A stretch of 64,000 nt of DNA from Octopus sinensis (taxonomy: Eukaryota): the NCBI RefSeq assembly GCF_006345805.1, contig NC_042999.1, forward strand, positions 107,756,001 to 107,820,000. The letters are read 5' to 3'. Every line of letters starts with the position of its first letter. Positions within the stretch are counted from its first letter, which is position 1. The notes beneath the pieces were generated by a model. That model was not told the origin of the DNA. It did not search any database and saw only the letters and a list, made by a program, of their open reading frames with translations. A program made the translations under genes and the position numbers. Below are positions 1 to 12,874 of this stretch, piece by piece.

Positions 1-498
1 AGTGTCAATCACTTAAAGTAGAAGAGGGAGGCCCTGGAAGATATGAGATGAAGCACTGAAGATTGATCTCAAGATACTGAGCCTTATGAAGATGACAAAG
101 AACTGAGGTATTTGGCACCTTGTGGTACTCAAGAAGACTTGCCCACCACAGTAGAATTATTCATGCTCCCCTCCCAACTGAAGAAGATTTTGCCTTGGAG
201 AGCCTGATGCTGGTTCATCTAAAAATTACTTGTGATGGTCCACATAAGGGGCACCAATGCTGGTCTACATAAGAAGCGCTGATGCTGGTCCATGTAAAAA
301 GTACCTCAGTCCATGTAAAAAGCACCTATGCTGGTCCACATAAAAAGCACCCAATACACTCTGCAAGGTGGTTGGTGTGAGGAAGGGCATCCAGCTGTAG
401 AAACCAAGCCAAATCAGGCTGGAATCTAGTGCAGCTCTCCAGCTTGCCAACTCAGGTCAAACTGTCCAACCCATGCCAGCATGGAAAAGGGACGTAAA

Positions 499-540
<42 letters not shown>
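1..540 (+). mobile_element. Old RTE-family LINE 3' end (degenerate ORF2 C-terminus, 3' UTR and (GAT)n tail)
   Basis: 1-145 is a decayed match to the [18 protein letters not shown]-coding end of the RTE at 29940-30091. It is followed by the family tail (ggttgg..aggaagggcatccagctgtagaaac..ccaacccatgccagcatggaaa) and (GAT)n. Confidence 0.75.
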
Positions 541-542
<2 letters not shown>

Positions 543-613
543 GAAGAAGAAGAAGAAGAAGAAGAAGAAGAAGAAGAAGAAGAAGAAGAAGAAGAAGAAG
601 AAGAAGAAGAAGA
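499..613. repeat. Compound microsatellite (GAT)n-(GAA)n
   Basis: Direct reading. Confidence 0.97.
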
Positions 614-892
614 ATGTATAAGAACCTCTTACTTAAAAATGTAGAGCATTTTATAAAGATTCCAAAGACAAAACCTTTTACTTGTATTTGGTATTAATAT
701 CTTCAATTTAAGTGATATAGTATTTTAAATTTACACTTAGAAATGTTTATGATTTTTGGGCATCAGTTAAACATCAATTTTACAGTTCAGACTTCAAGAA
801 GATTTCATCAGGAACATATCAGCAATTCATGTTTGTTTCAAAGGTCAAGTGGAATATATTGATGTTTTGATAGACATTCAGATATAAAAGAA

Positions 893-939
<47 letters not shown>

Positions 940-1049
940 ATATGCATGCATGTGTGTGCCTCTATACAATGGTAGTCTCTTGTAGTCTGAGAAAGCAATT
1001 TCTTGCTGATCAACCTCACAAATGATTTCTTTATAGTGACCAAATGTTT

Positions 1050-1247
1050 GTGCTCTACATTAGTTCATCAAATCAATGTTATTCTGAGCTGCATGGTGTA
1101 CCACACATCAGGTGTCAAAGTGATCACAGAACAAAGTGAGATGAAGTGCTTTGATCAAGAATATAACACACCACTCGGTCCTGGCATTGAAACCGTGATC
1201 TCATGATCATGAGTGCAGTTCCCTAACCACTAAGCCATGTGCCTTCA
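1050..1247 (-). mobile_element. tRNA-derived CORE-type SINE, degenerate
   Basis: The reverse complement begins gtgaaggcacatggcttagtggttaggg, with a B-box-like ggtttcaatgcc. Homologous to the copies at 41410 and 43918. Confidence 0.7.
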
Positions 1248-1296
1248 CTATATATATACATACATATATATATGTATATGTATATACACACACACA

Positions 1297-1339
<43 letters not shown>

Positions 1340-1344
1340 ACACA

Positions 1345-1490
1345 CTCTTAGAGCAGTTGGTGTTAAGGAAGGGCATCCAGCAATAGAAACCAAGCCACAC
1401 CAGGCTGGAGCCTGGTACAGCTCTCTGGCTTACCAGTTCCAAACAAACTAACTAACCTATGCCAGTATGGAAAATGGACACTAGAGATGT
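1345..1490 (+). mobile_element. RTE 3' tail fragment within (CA)n/(TA)n
   Basis: gttggtgttaaggaagggcatccagcaatagaaaccaagcc..acctatgccagtatggaaaatggac matches the RTE tail. Confidence 0.75.
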
Positions 1491-2269
1491 ATATATATAT
1501 GTGTGTGTGTGTATATATGAACATAGTGAGAGATGGGGGATTCAAGAAATCCAGGTGAATATCTCATTCACCACTTTATGCAAAATCCTGGCTAACAGGA
1601 TGTACAGAGAGAAAAAAATCATCCAGTTAATCAAAAGATATTCCATACAAACTAAAAAAAACCCAGGAAATTACAGATTATAAGAATAGTACATCCACTG
1701 TGAGACATGAAATAAAATCATCAAAGGAACAAAGATAGTGGTATTACATTTATTAATCAGTTGCGATCACTGGGTCCAATTAATGGCATTTCTGAGCATA
1801 TAGTGGTAATAAATTCTGCTACTATCTCAACTTTTTTTCTTTCTACTCATATATGTTTACCATAAATTTCAGCTTCTTTCACCTGTCAGCGCTAGTGACC
1901 TACATGTTACATTACCTCATATATAGGGAAATAAATGAGACACTTTGTCTCCGTGGTCCCTTCATTTATGCATTTCTCTGATCATACCTCAACTTAGTTT
2001 TATTTATTGCTATGACCTCCTAGGCCACTCCACTCATTGTATGGATAAGACCGTATCTGTTTGTGTAAATGTATTATTTTCGCTATACCGCCAGTCATGA
2101 TGAAACGACTAGTTGGTATTTTCGTTTAATATTGCATGGACTTACATAATCTTCATACAAATTCTATAATATTTGCATGCGTGGTCTAGCATGTTGATTG
2201 ATGTAACAATTCCACCATAAGCAAAATAATCATGATCAATATGGTATTACCACCTTTATTCCTTTGATC

Positions 2270-2333
<64 letters not shown>

Positions 2334-2368
2334 TATATATACATATATACATATACACTTATACACAC

Positions 2369-2412
<44 letters not shown>

Positions 2413-2682
2413 GTAAATGCGTATATGTGTGTGTGTACTTCAGAGCTGCATTTGATTGACAAATACAACTTGAACTGGGATCACATGTAAAAACTAATAA
2501 AACTGCATTGTTGATGAGTCAGATTAGCTTTTCATTTTTAGCGCATTGTGTCTGTGATCAACCCACAGAAACATGACAACATTTTTTGACACTTTACAGT
2601 TATAATAAGAAATAGCACAAAACTAAATGTGTAAAATATATATTTATGTACATGTAATAACTGCTATATTGTAAACAATTTA

Positions 2683-3082
2683 GGAGTGGCTGTGTGGTAA
2701 GTAGCTTGCTTACCAACCACATGGTTCTGGGTTCAGTCTCACTGCATGGCACCTTGGGCAAGTGTCTTCTACTATAGCCTTGGGCCAACCAAAGCCTTGT
2801 GAGTGGATTTGGTAGACAGAAACTGAAAGAAGCCTGTCATATATATCTATATATATATGCATGTGTGTGTATATCTTTGTGTGTGTGTGTCTCCTCAACA
2901 TCGCTTGACAACCGATGCCTGTGTGTTTACGTCCCCGTAACTTAGCGGTTCAACAAAAGAGACTGATAGAATAAGTACTAGGCTTACAAAGAATAAGTCC
3001 TGGGATCAATTTGCTCGACTAAAGGCGGTGCTCCAGCATGGCCACGGTCAAAATGACTGAAACAAGTAAAAGAGTAAAGAGT
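2683..3082 (+). mobile_element. tRNA-derived SINE family A (internal microsatellite, (AAAAGAGT)n tail), full length
   Basis: A box tggctgtgtggt, B box ggttcagtctc, body caccttgggcaagtgtcttc..gatagaataagtactaggc, tail gtaaaagagtaaagag. Near-identical copy at 20030. Confidence 0.85.
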
Positions 3083-3617
3083 ATGTGTGTGTGTGTTTAC
3101 ATAGTAAAAAAAGGTGATATTTAGTCACCTGATGAGACATTTGCACTGAAGGATGCACCATAACCAATTGTATAGCAACCCACGAGGGATGCAAGATGGG
3201 TCAAGTGATGCAAGATGGGGAGGAGGATATATTGGTCTGATGAAGGTGAAGAAGCTGAAACTTTATAGTTGCAATCAACCTTTTATTTGTAAAAGTTTGC
3301 TCCAGCATGGCCGCAGTCAAATGGCTGAAACAAATAGAAGAATAAAAGAATGTACTCTATTAAAAAGTACTGTCTGATTCTGTACTTTAAGGTTTAATTG
3401 TTTTTATATATAACTTCACATAAAAACAACATTAATACTTACATATCTATCTCTCTAATGATTCCAGTCCTCTGTAGCAACTGGAATTCTTGAGTATATT
3501 AACAAATTGGCTACTTGTTCCTCTGGGATTGGTCAAATTGATGTAGACACCTCTAAAGAGAATCCAATATAGTTCAAAAGTCAATCAGGTCTGTTCGTTA
3601 TTTTTTCCATTTTGCAG

Positions 3618-3637
3618 AGTAATAGCCAAATTGCAGT
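3618..3637 (+). CDS. Candidate 20-nt micro-exon of an unidentified host gene (xVIAKLQx)
   Basis: Acceptor ttttttccattttgcag and donor gt/gtaaga. End phase 1 fits the exon at 7976. Confidence 0.3.
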
Positions 3638-3675
3638 GTAAGAGCCAAATTGTTTATATATTTATTATATATATA

Positions 3676-3712
<37 letters not shown>

Positions 3713-3733
3713 TCCTCCCCCTCCTCCCCTCCT

Positions 3734-4265
3734 CACACACGTCTTTACTAGTATATACACAGTGAAGCTATACAATAGTGTCGTATTTATTACAATCGCT
3801 ATTTTCCAGTAAATATCGGTACTTCGTTGTACATTTTATTTATGTATAATTTTACCCTTACGGGCTATCTTTTACTGGAAAGCAATACTTTCGTATTGCA
3901 TTACTATTTTCATTGAAACTTCTTCACTGTTCTCGTTCTGTTAACGTTTTGGTGTTCAGACGAGTGTACTGGCATAGATGTGGCAACATTTGAATTTTTG
4001 TCGAGGTATATGCAGCTGATGATGACAAATCAAATCTACGTTGGCAAATGTATTTGAAGAGTCTGAAACCGGTACTGCATTATCCGTTTCTAGGTTTTTC
4101 ATTTTTCAGATGTTCTTCCTAGAGGTAAGACAAATAATTTTCATGTTTGTTGCACACACACACGTCTTTACTAGTATATACGCAGTGAAGCTATACAATA
4201 GCGTCGTATTTATTACGATCGCTATTTTCCAGTAAATATCGGTACTTTGTTGTACCATTTATTTA
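3734..4265. repeat. Partial tandem duplication, about 420-bp period with about 110 bp duplicated; possible Penelope-like pseudo-LTR
   Basis: cacacacgtctttactagtatatac(a/g)cagtgaagctatacaatag..cggtactt occurs at about 3734-3843 and about 4154-4265. Confidence 0.75.
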
Positions 4266-4270
4266 CTTTG

Positions 4271-4307
<37 letters not shown>

Positions 4308-4308
<1 letters not shown>

Positions 4309-4775
4309 TTTGCCAGCCTCATCTGGCACCTGTGTCGGTGGCACATAAAAACACCATCCGAGCGTGGCCGTCTGCCAGCCTCGTCTGGCACCTGTGTCGG
4401 TGGCACATAAAAACACCATCCGAGCGTGGCCGTCTGCCAGCCTCGTCTGGCACCTGTGTCGGTGGCACATAAAAACACCATCCGAGCGTGGCCGTCTGCC
4501 AGCCTCGTCTGGCACCTGTGTCGGTGGCACATAAAAAACACCATCCGAGCGTGGCCGTTTGTCAGCCTCGTCTGACACCTGTGTCGGTGGCACATAAAAT
4601 CGCCCACTACACTCTCGGAGTGGTTGGCGTTAGGAAGGGCATCCAGCTGTAGAAACACTGCCAGATCTGACTGGACTGGTGCAGCTTTCGGGCTCCCCAG
4701 ACCCCAGTTGAACCGTCCATCATTTAACGTCCGCATGGAAAGCGGACGTTAAATGATGATGATGATGATGATGAT
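4308..4775 (+). mobile_element. Young 5'-truncated RTE 3' UTR copy with about 4.7 tandem 62-bp units, inserted in (TA)n
   Basis: Almost identical to 31425-31765, ends in (GAT)n, and is flanked by (TA)n on both sides. Confidence 0.9.
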
Positions 4776-4825
4776 ATATATATATGTATATACATATATA
4801 TATACATATATATATATATACATAT

Positions 4826-5165
4826 GTGGTTCTGGGTTCTGTCCTACTGTATCTTGGGCAAGTGTCTTCTCTTATAGACTTGGGCCAACCAAAGCCTTGT
4901 GAGAGGATTTGGTAGACAGGAAATGAAAGAAGCCCATCATGTGTGTGTGTGTGTTTGTGTATGTCCACTTGCTATCACTTGACAACCAATGCTGATGTAT
5001 TTATGTCACTGTAACTTAGCAATTTCACAAAAGAGACCGATAGAATAAGTACTAGACTTACAAGGAATAAGTCCTGGGGTCGATCACTTTGACTAAAACC
5101 CATTAAGGCAGTGCTCCAGCATGGCCACAGTAAAATGACTGAAACGAATAAAAATATAAAAGAAT
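4826..5165 (+). mobile_element. SINE family A, 5'-truncated
   Basis: Homologous to 2683-3082. Confidence 0.8.
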
Positions 5166-5184
5166 ATATATATATATATATACA

Positions 5185-5525
5185 CACACATAGGTGCAGA
5201 TGTGACTGTGTGATAAAAAGTTTGCTTCCCAACCAAATGGTTCCACATTCTCTCCCCCATTGTGGCTCCTTGATGAAGTGCCTTCTCCTATAACCTCAGG
5301 CCTTGTGAGTGGAGTTGGTCGACTGAAACTGAAAAAGTTTGTCATATATATCTATACAACTTTGTGTGTGTTATTCTTTGTGTCTGCACATGTCCCCACC
5401 CTGACCACTAGGCAACCAGTGTTGTGTTTATTTCCCAGTATTCTAAGAAGTTTGGTAAAAGTGACTGATAGAATAAGTACTAGGTGTAAGAAAAACATGT
5501 TCTGGGGTCGGTTCGTCTGACTAAA
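5185..5525 (+). mobile_element. SINE family A, diverged copy in tandem with the previous one
   Basis: ggtgcagatgtgactgtgtgataaaaagtttgcttcccaacc..gatagaataagtactagg..ggggtcggttcg. Confidence 0.7.
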
Positions 5526-5644
<119 letters not shown>

Positions 5645-7054
5645 TCTCTTTCTTCTCCCCTCTTTAATTCCTTCTTTCTCTCTCTTCTCCCCCCCCCCTT
5701 TGGTGCCTTTGTCCCTCTTTTTCTCTCTCTCTCTTCTCCTCTCAAATGACCACCGGTCAACTAGCCTTTCGGCTTCTGAGCACCGCCGCGACCACATTGT
5801 TTTCTTCGTCTGCCGTAAGGCATTATTTTCCAAATACGCCAGTTAAGCTAAGTTCAACTGTCTAAAGTTGTAAGACACCCGCTGTTTTTGTCCTGTCATT
5901 ACTATTATTGTTTTTTGTATTTATATTCGTGTAGCATCGTCCATTTTTCTGTCCTTGTTTCGTATACATTCGATCCTTTTTCCAAGAAATCTAATGCTCG
6001 TAGCTTAGTTTTTCCTTGGGGCTGGCCGGATTGGAGCGATCTCAAGATTAATCAGCCAAAATTGCAAGGATGATCCGGTTCTTGACTGAAGATTAGAGGC
6101 TTCGAATGACCCGTCCGTTTTTGTGTCATCTATTTGAGTGTTTTGCGTTCTTGTCCCATTTTGTATTTTTATATATATATATTTTTTATACATATATATA
6201 TATATATATATACTTATCTATCTATACACACACACACATGCAGGTATGTACGTATGTGTGTTTGTATGTTTTTACATGCTATCACTGAGAATCATCTCTT
6301 AAGCCTGGAGTTTAGCTAACCATCATCACCATCGACATTGAATGTCAATGGACAGTCCATCTATTTGGAAAATACTGTGGTATTGTATAGATAGAAGGTC
6401 GGCATGTATGCATTAGGCAGCATCTGTGAGATAGAGTCTAATGCTGTATGATGGCTAGCTGGTCAGTAAAATGAGAGAGATGAGCAGACTGAGGGAGAAA
6501 GGAAGAGTGCATGGAAAGAAGTGAAGGAGAGAAAAAGGGAGGTAAATTTTATTTAGCTGGTCAGAACAAGTAGTTACGAAGTCATCCATTCAAGCAAGAG
6601 ATAAATATATTATGCCTAAATAGGGAAGAGACAACCATTATAGAGCTTATCACCAAAACCATATTTTCTATTTGCGAGTAGATTAAATTTGTATTACTGC
6701 ACAGCCATTGCCTGATAATTCAAATAATATCATAAGAATAAGAATATAAATTCATTATCATAAATTACACATGTGATTCATCCAATGAATTGAGATCACA
6801 CCTCAGTTCTGGTTTTTCTTTATAGCTTCTACAGTGATTTCAGAAAATGCCTTGGAGAAAGGCATAAATTTCCTTTATCTTATGTGTCTAGCACTCCATG
6901 CCTAATTAGGAAATCATTGTATAAGTGGTTAGCTAGAAATAGGACAGAAATATTGCTGAAGTGCTTGTGAAGTAATAAGTAATTTGAGTGTATGCATGTG
7001 CTTACAAGGTGCGCATATATACACACACATATATAACATACATATACATACTAC

Positions 7055-7110
<56 letters not shown>

Positions 7111-7975
7111 TTATACATACGCATTTTTTTTCTCACTTATGTACATATATATATCACCCATGTCAGCATGGATGGTGGATGTTAAACGATGATGGTGATA
7201 TGTATTCATATATGTACTCACATATATATATATACAAATATTAATATATATATTATATATATATATATATATATTATACATATATATATACATATATGCA
7301 TATATATATGTATTTATGTACATCTATATATGTAGTATAGACACAGACATGTATGCCTGTATGTATCTATCAATATATGTGCATGTGTCATTAAGCAATT
7401 TAGACTATTTATTAACAAGGAGTTGCTTTGCTTTTCTGATTAATTTAATGTTTATGAAAAAAAACTTTCTTTTTCTTCTGAATATCTATAGAGATGTGTT
7501 CTTCAAAAGTTTAATTGCATTTTTCCTTTTTTTTAAATTTTTGCCCTATGAAGTATGGAAATTACTTCTGAAACTTTAATTTTTATTTTCTTAAACACAA
7601 ATAAATATTTACCAATATATTCAGAGTAAGACGGCTGTTAAAATGTCCTGCAAAAATACTTTACAAAATGCATTTAGTTACTGTACTTTTGATTCTGAGT
7701 TTACATTTCACTTTACCTTTCTTTCCTTTCAGCATCAATTAATGAATACCAATCATGTACTGGAGTACAATTAATCAATTATAATCTCCTCTTCAAATTT
7801 TAAATTTGTACCAATATTTGAAATCTTTATTTTTGCTAATGGTTCTTTATGTTCTGAGTTCAAATCCTGCATGGGTTAACTTTTCTTTGCATCCTACCAG
7901 GAGCATTAAAATAATTACCACTCAATCAAAGTAATGAAATCAATATAATCGACCATTCCTTTCTCTATTTTGCAG

Positions 7976-8012
7976 ATGTTATTAATCAAATTTTATTATT
8001 AATACAACAAAG
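7976..8012 (+). CDS. Candidate internal exon of an unidentified host gene (xVINQILLLIQQx)
   Basis: Acceptor cattcctttctctattttgcag and donor aag/gtaatt. Only one frame is open (phase 1 to 2). Confidence 0.5.
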
Positions 8013-8579
8013 GTAATTAAGAACATATAAAGTAAGTGTTACAGACAATGATAACAAAAAAAACCCACTTAAATCAGTCAACAAAATATGCATTTGTATA
8101 TACATTGTCATTGTTATCCTCATTATTGTCATCATCATCACCATCATCATCTTCATCATCATCATCATTTTAATGCCTATGTTTCCATGCTTGCATGCAT
8201 AGGTCAGAAGAAATATGCAGATGCAGATTTTATATGGCCAGATGTCCTCTCTGTCAATAACTCTCATCTGTGTCCAAGTAAGGTAACATTTCCTCCAGTC
8301 CTTTAAATTATTATCAGTCCAATGGCTGAATATGTTTCCATGAAATACTGTAGATGTACGGCACTGTTTGTATGACAGTAATTTTCACTTACTATTACAG
8401 AACCTTCTCACACACATACACACACACACATACACACACATGCACACACACACACACATATACACACGCACGCACACACACACACACACACACACTCAGA
8501 GCATACATATACCATCATGATATATACTTGTCTATCCACCTATCTGTATGTATGCATATGTGTATGTATGTATGATCTG

Positions 8580-9400
8580 TGACAGAGTAGAGCTAGATGA
8601 GACACAGTTTGATTTTGTACCTGAAAGAGGGATTATAGTACAATCTTCCAAGTGACGCCACAACAGGAGAAATACTTGGCTATGAATAAACTGGTATTCC
8701 CAGTTTTCCTGAATTTGGAGAATGCCTTTGATAGGGTGCTACATTCAGTAATCTGGTGGTCACCAAGAAAACTAGGTGTAGATGTATGACTTGCGAGGGT
8801 TGAATAAGCTATGTGCAAGGCAGCAGTAAGTAAAGTGTGTCAACAATGATTTCAGTGATAAACTTGTCATGCATGTTAGGAGTCTGTCAAAGATCGGTTT
8901 TTAATCCCCTCTTATTTGTTATAGTCCTACAGACCAACACAGAAGTGTTTAAGATTGGCTGTCCTGTCCATAGGAACTGTTATATGTTGATGATTTAGTT
9001 CTCATAGCTGAATCTATAGAGAAATTAGAGAGTAAATTTTAGGCATGGCAGCTAAATCTAGAATTGAGAGGCTTGAAGGTAAACTAAGCAGAGTCTATGA
9101 TCTGAGAAAGTAGAGAAGACAGAACTCTGGTATCTTCAGAAAAATGACTTTGCTCGATATGCTGAAAAAGAGTAGGTATAAACTCTTTACACTGTACCTA
9201 ATGTATGCTATTGACACATGAGAGGTATCACATGAGAGGTATCACTGATAAGCAAACAGAAAGAGTAAGCTTCATATGTGGCAGATGTACTGAAACAGTG
9301 TGTACAATGAGTACATCAGAAATAGATTCTTGTAAATGCACAGATGGCTCACTAGCAGTAGTCAATAGATTTTCAAGGGAGGTGATTGTTCAGGAAGTAT
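8580..9400 (+). pseudogene. Highly degenerate RT fragment of the RTE family
   Basis: Collinear with 28750-29550 (..cagtttgattttgtacc.., ..gaatgcctttgatagggt.., ..gttgatgatttagttctcatagctgaatc..), with many stops and frameshifts. Confidence 0.8.
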
Positions 9401-10074
9401 TGTATCTAAGGTATGAACAGGCTGGAAAATGTTCAAATATGTACAAAGAAATATATGACTATCAGTTAAAAAGCAAAAAAAAAAATCAGATGAATGTAAT
9501 GTGTTTATCTGATAAATAATTATTCTGCAAAGACAAGTCTAGGGTTATCAATGACTAGCTAGAAGAAAGAGACAGAGATGACCATAAAAGGAAGTTTACC
9601 ATAGCTACTGGGCAGGTAAGAGAGAGACTACCTACCTCTGGTTGGCTAAACTCTTAGGTTAAAATTTCTGATTGGCTAACATATAACATGTAACAAAAGA
9701 AAGAAACCAATATGCCAACAGGTGAATGAAGTTGCTGCTCATATTTGTGGTGTATTCTGATCTCATCAATGAAGCATAAACTTTGTAATACTATCCAAAG
9801 CAGTGATGGGAAAATTACTGATTAAATGTACAAACTTGTTTATTGGTGAAGTAGAAAAATAGAATCGTTTAGAAAAAATTATTTAGTGATGCCTTAGTTA
9901 ATTTCACCCAGTGAATAAGAATCCAATTTTATCTAGTGTATGTGAGTGAGTGTGTCTGCATGTTAAGAAAAAAACCCACTGATTTTTAAACAAGTGGCAA
10001 CAAACAGAACATGATTCTAGTAAGAAAACAAATATTTTAGAATTGGTTCTTAATAAAATATATTGAAATTGCAG

Positions 10075-10132
10075 ACAAATATTTAAATTAGTTGAGGGGC
10101 GTATACAGAGAGGATCAATATCTGATAAGCAA
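10075..10132 (+). CDS. Candidate internal exon (xQIFKLVEGRIQRGSISDKQ)
   Basis: tgcag acceptor (weak pyrimidine tract) and caa/gtaatt donor. Phase 2 to 0 links the exons at 7976 and 11996. Confidence 0.4.
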
Positions 10133-10639
10133 GTAATTATATATTGATAAATCACTTAATTGATTTAAGTTTGACAGTGAATTTAAATTCAATGATATTT
10201 GCATTTGGTGTTTTTTAAATGTCTGTCCAATTTTATTTTCAGTTTTACACACTAACAATAAGACTGATTTGAAGATCTAAGTATAAAACAAAAATACAAA
10301 AAAAAAAAAGAAAAAAATTGTGAAGCATTCCAGAATTATATTACCAGCTTAATTCACTTGTCTTTAATCTCTAAAACAGATGGTTGTAATGACTAATAAA
10401 ATCTTCAACTATCATCATCATAACATATATTCTCAATAAGGAATAATTCTTTAAAATGTTCTCTCTTTAACAATATTTATTTTGTGGGGAAAATGATTTG
10501 TGCCCAAAGAAGTAGATAATGGTCAAAGCAGGCAAAAAACAAATAAAGTAAAACAATTTTTTTTTCTTCTGAGCTAGTATTTCTCCTGCTTCAGTGCAGT
10601 GTTTGCATTCAAGAATATTGACATGAACAAGGTAGTGTT

Positions 10640-11230
10640 CTAATCAAGGTTCTAGTTCATCTGACAATGAAGACCTATCATAGTTATCTGAGTACAGCAG
10701 GCTCCATTTTCCCAATAGAAGGAAGGGAGTAATGACAGATAGATTTTGAACTCAGAATGCTAAGACTTGGAACAGAGGCTACAAAGCAGTACATCTAATG
10801 CTTTAACAATTCTGTCCATCAGCTAATCCACTGTCTTGGTTGTGCTTAGTACATTATTTATTACTCCTGAAAGATTGAAAGATAAAGTTGACATCAATAG
10901 GTTTTGAACTCTAAGTGCAGAGAATTCAGACAAATACCACTATCGCATGACATTCTCTCCAATGCTTTGATGATTTTGCAATTCACTACCTTGCCAAATA
11001 ATGATAATAATCTTTTCTACTATAGGCACATGGCCTGAAATTTTGGGGGAGGGGGTAGTTGATTATATTGACCCCAGTACACAACTGGTACTTATTTTAT
11101 TGACCCTGAACAGATGAAAGGCAAAGTTGACCTCAGCAGAATTTGAAAAAATAGTAATAATGATAATGATAATCCTTTTTACTATAAGGCCTGAAATTTT
11201 GAGGGATCTAAGTCAATTACATTGATCCAA
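10640..11230 (-). mobile_element. Cluster of about 4 degenerate SINE family C copies
   Basis: Repeated rc motifs ggtactta.ttt..tgaccc..aa.gatgaaaggcaaagttgac..gaatttgaactc. Confidence 0.7.
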
Positions 11231-11375
11231 GAAGAAGAAGAAGAAGAAGAAGAAGAAGAAGAAGAAGAAGAAGAAGAAGAAGAAGAAGAAGAAGAGAAGA
11301 AGAAGAAGAAGAAGAAGAAGAAGAAGAAGAAGAAGAAGAAGAAGAAGAAGAAGAAGAAGAAGAAGAAGAAGAAGA
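11228..11375. repeat. (GAA)n microsatellite with one phase slip
   Basis: Direct reading. Produces the poly-E/K/S/F/L ORFs in the track. Confidence 0.97.
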
Positions 11376-11995
11376 AAGATCTGTGTGGTGTGATGAGAGG
11401 CAAGTTGTTTGAAGGGGAACCTTACTCAAAATGTCAGAACTTATTTCTCATAACACAAAAAAAGAATAAAAAAATAAAATTATCATATTTCACGAAATGT
11501 ATTTACTTGGTCATTTGCTTTGTAAACCAAATCTCTTACATTAATCCTTAAATGAATCCATGTCTTATTTTGACAGCCTATATTCTGGTCACCATAAATT
11601 ACCATATCAGAACAATACTCATCTTCCATTCTCTTTATATGTCTACATCATTCAAATCCCCTTGCCTGCCATAATTCTGAGTGATTCTCTACAGATTATA
11701 ATTTTGCTGATCACATTTTGAGATTGATAAAGTATTTTATGTTACTAAGGTTATTGTCAGATATGAGATAAATTGCACAAATTGCTTTTTGCTTTGTTTT
11801 TTTGTTTTTTTTTTATTTTCTGTTATTAAGAATAAAAGAGCTCTGAAACTGATTAGAGAAATTTCTTTTTCTCTCTTCAGTTCATGAGTCAAAAGTTTTT
11901 ATCTCATCACTGACACAGCCAAATATTTTTTGGAAATGGAATTGACATTTTTCGCCCTTGGTCTACGTAGATACATTTCATTACAAATTATGCAG

Positions 11996-12036
11996 ACAAT
12001 TCCAAAGAGATTGAAAAGTTTCTCTGAAGTACATCT
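11996..12036 (+). CDS. Candidate internal exon (TIPKRLKSFSEVHx)
   Basis: Acceptor catttcattacaaattatgcag and consensus donor ct/gtgagt. Only phase 0 is open, matching the previous candidate exon. Confidence 0.5.
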
Positions 12037-12089
12037 GTGAGTTTAAATCAGATGAAAGTATGAAAGATGATCTAGCCGTATTATATATA

Positions 12090-12420
12090 TCAACATCATC
12101 ATCATTGTTAAACATCCATTTCCTATGCATGCATGGGTAGGACAGTTGACAAGAGCTAACCATGTAGAAAATCTATCCAAGGCTATTGCGTCTGTTTTGG
12201 CAGGGGTTTTACGACTGGATGCTTTTCCTAACACTAACCACTCCGCAGAGTGGACTCAGTACTTTTTATGTGGCACAAGCACAGGTGAAGTTAGTTTGGG
12301 CAAGATTTTTACAGCTGGATGCCCTTCCAGATGCCAACCACATCACAGTATGGACTGAATGCTTTTAACATGGCACCAGCACTGGCAGGGTAACCAAGTA
12401 ACTCACAAGACGAGGGATTA
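12090..12420 (-). mobile_element. Non-autonomous element carrying the RTE 3' tail (two tail-like modules)
   Basis: (CAT)n, then catccatttcctatgcatgcatggg, then ctggatgc(t/c)ttcc..ccaaccac twice. Confidence 0.7.
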
Positions 12421-12843
12421 TGAGAGGGGCAGACATTTGTGTCAGAGGATGAAAGTTAGAGTGTGACAAAGATAGAGTGAGACAGAAGTAGGTGTCTTGC
12501 CACAACAGAAAGGGCATTAAAGGAGATGATTCAGTTTCTATTAGAGTGTAACAGAGAAAGAAAGGCAGAAACAGGTGTCTTGCTATAGAGGAGGTTCATA
12601 GTTACTCAGTGAGAGAGGGAGTGAGAGAGGAACAGAAAGAGGCCAGAAACAAGTGTGCTGATGTAAAGGTGATACTTGGTTACCTAGTCAGAAGAAAAAC
12701 AAGGGAAGAGTTGTTTGCTTGCCTATGACTTACTTTCAGGTGTTTTTAACACCAGGCATCTTGTGAATATATTCTTTTATATCTAAAATCCAAATGACCC
12801 TTGAACTAACAACATACCTTGTGTATGTGTGTTCAATTTTGCT

Positions 12844-12874
<31 letters not shown>

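Noticed and set aside
3440-3575. Exon on either strand (minus: gtaagt donor; plus: SSVATGILEYINKL..)
   Set aside because: All three minus frames have stops before the donor. The plus frame has no convincing donor before its stop.
4308-4600. 62-bp tandem units as a CRISPR array
   Set aside because: The units are contiguous with no unique spacers, there are no cas genes, the context is eukaryotic, and they are part of a LINE 3' UTR.
11182-11551. Poly-E/K/S/F/L ORFs
   Set aside because: They are translations of (GAA)n.
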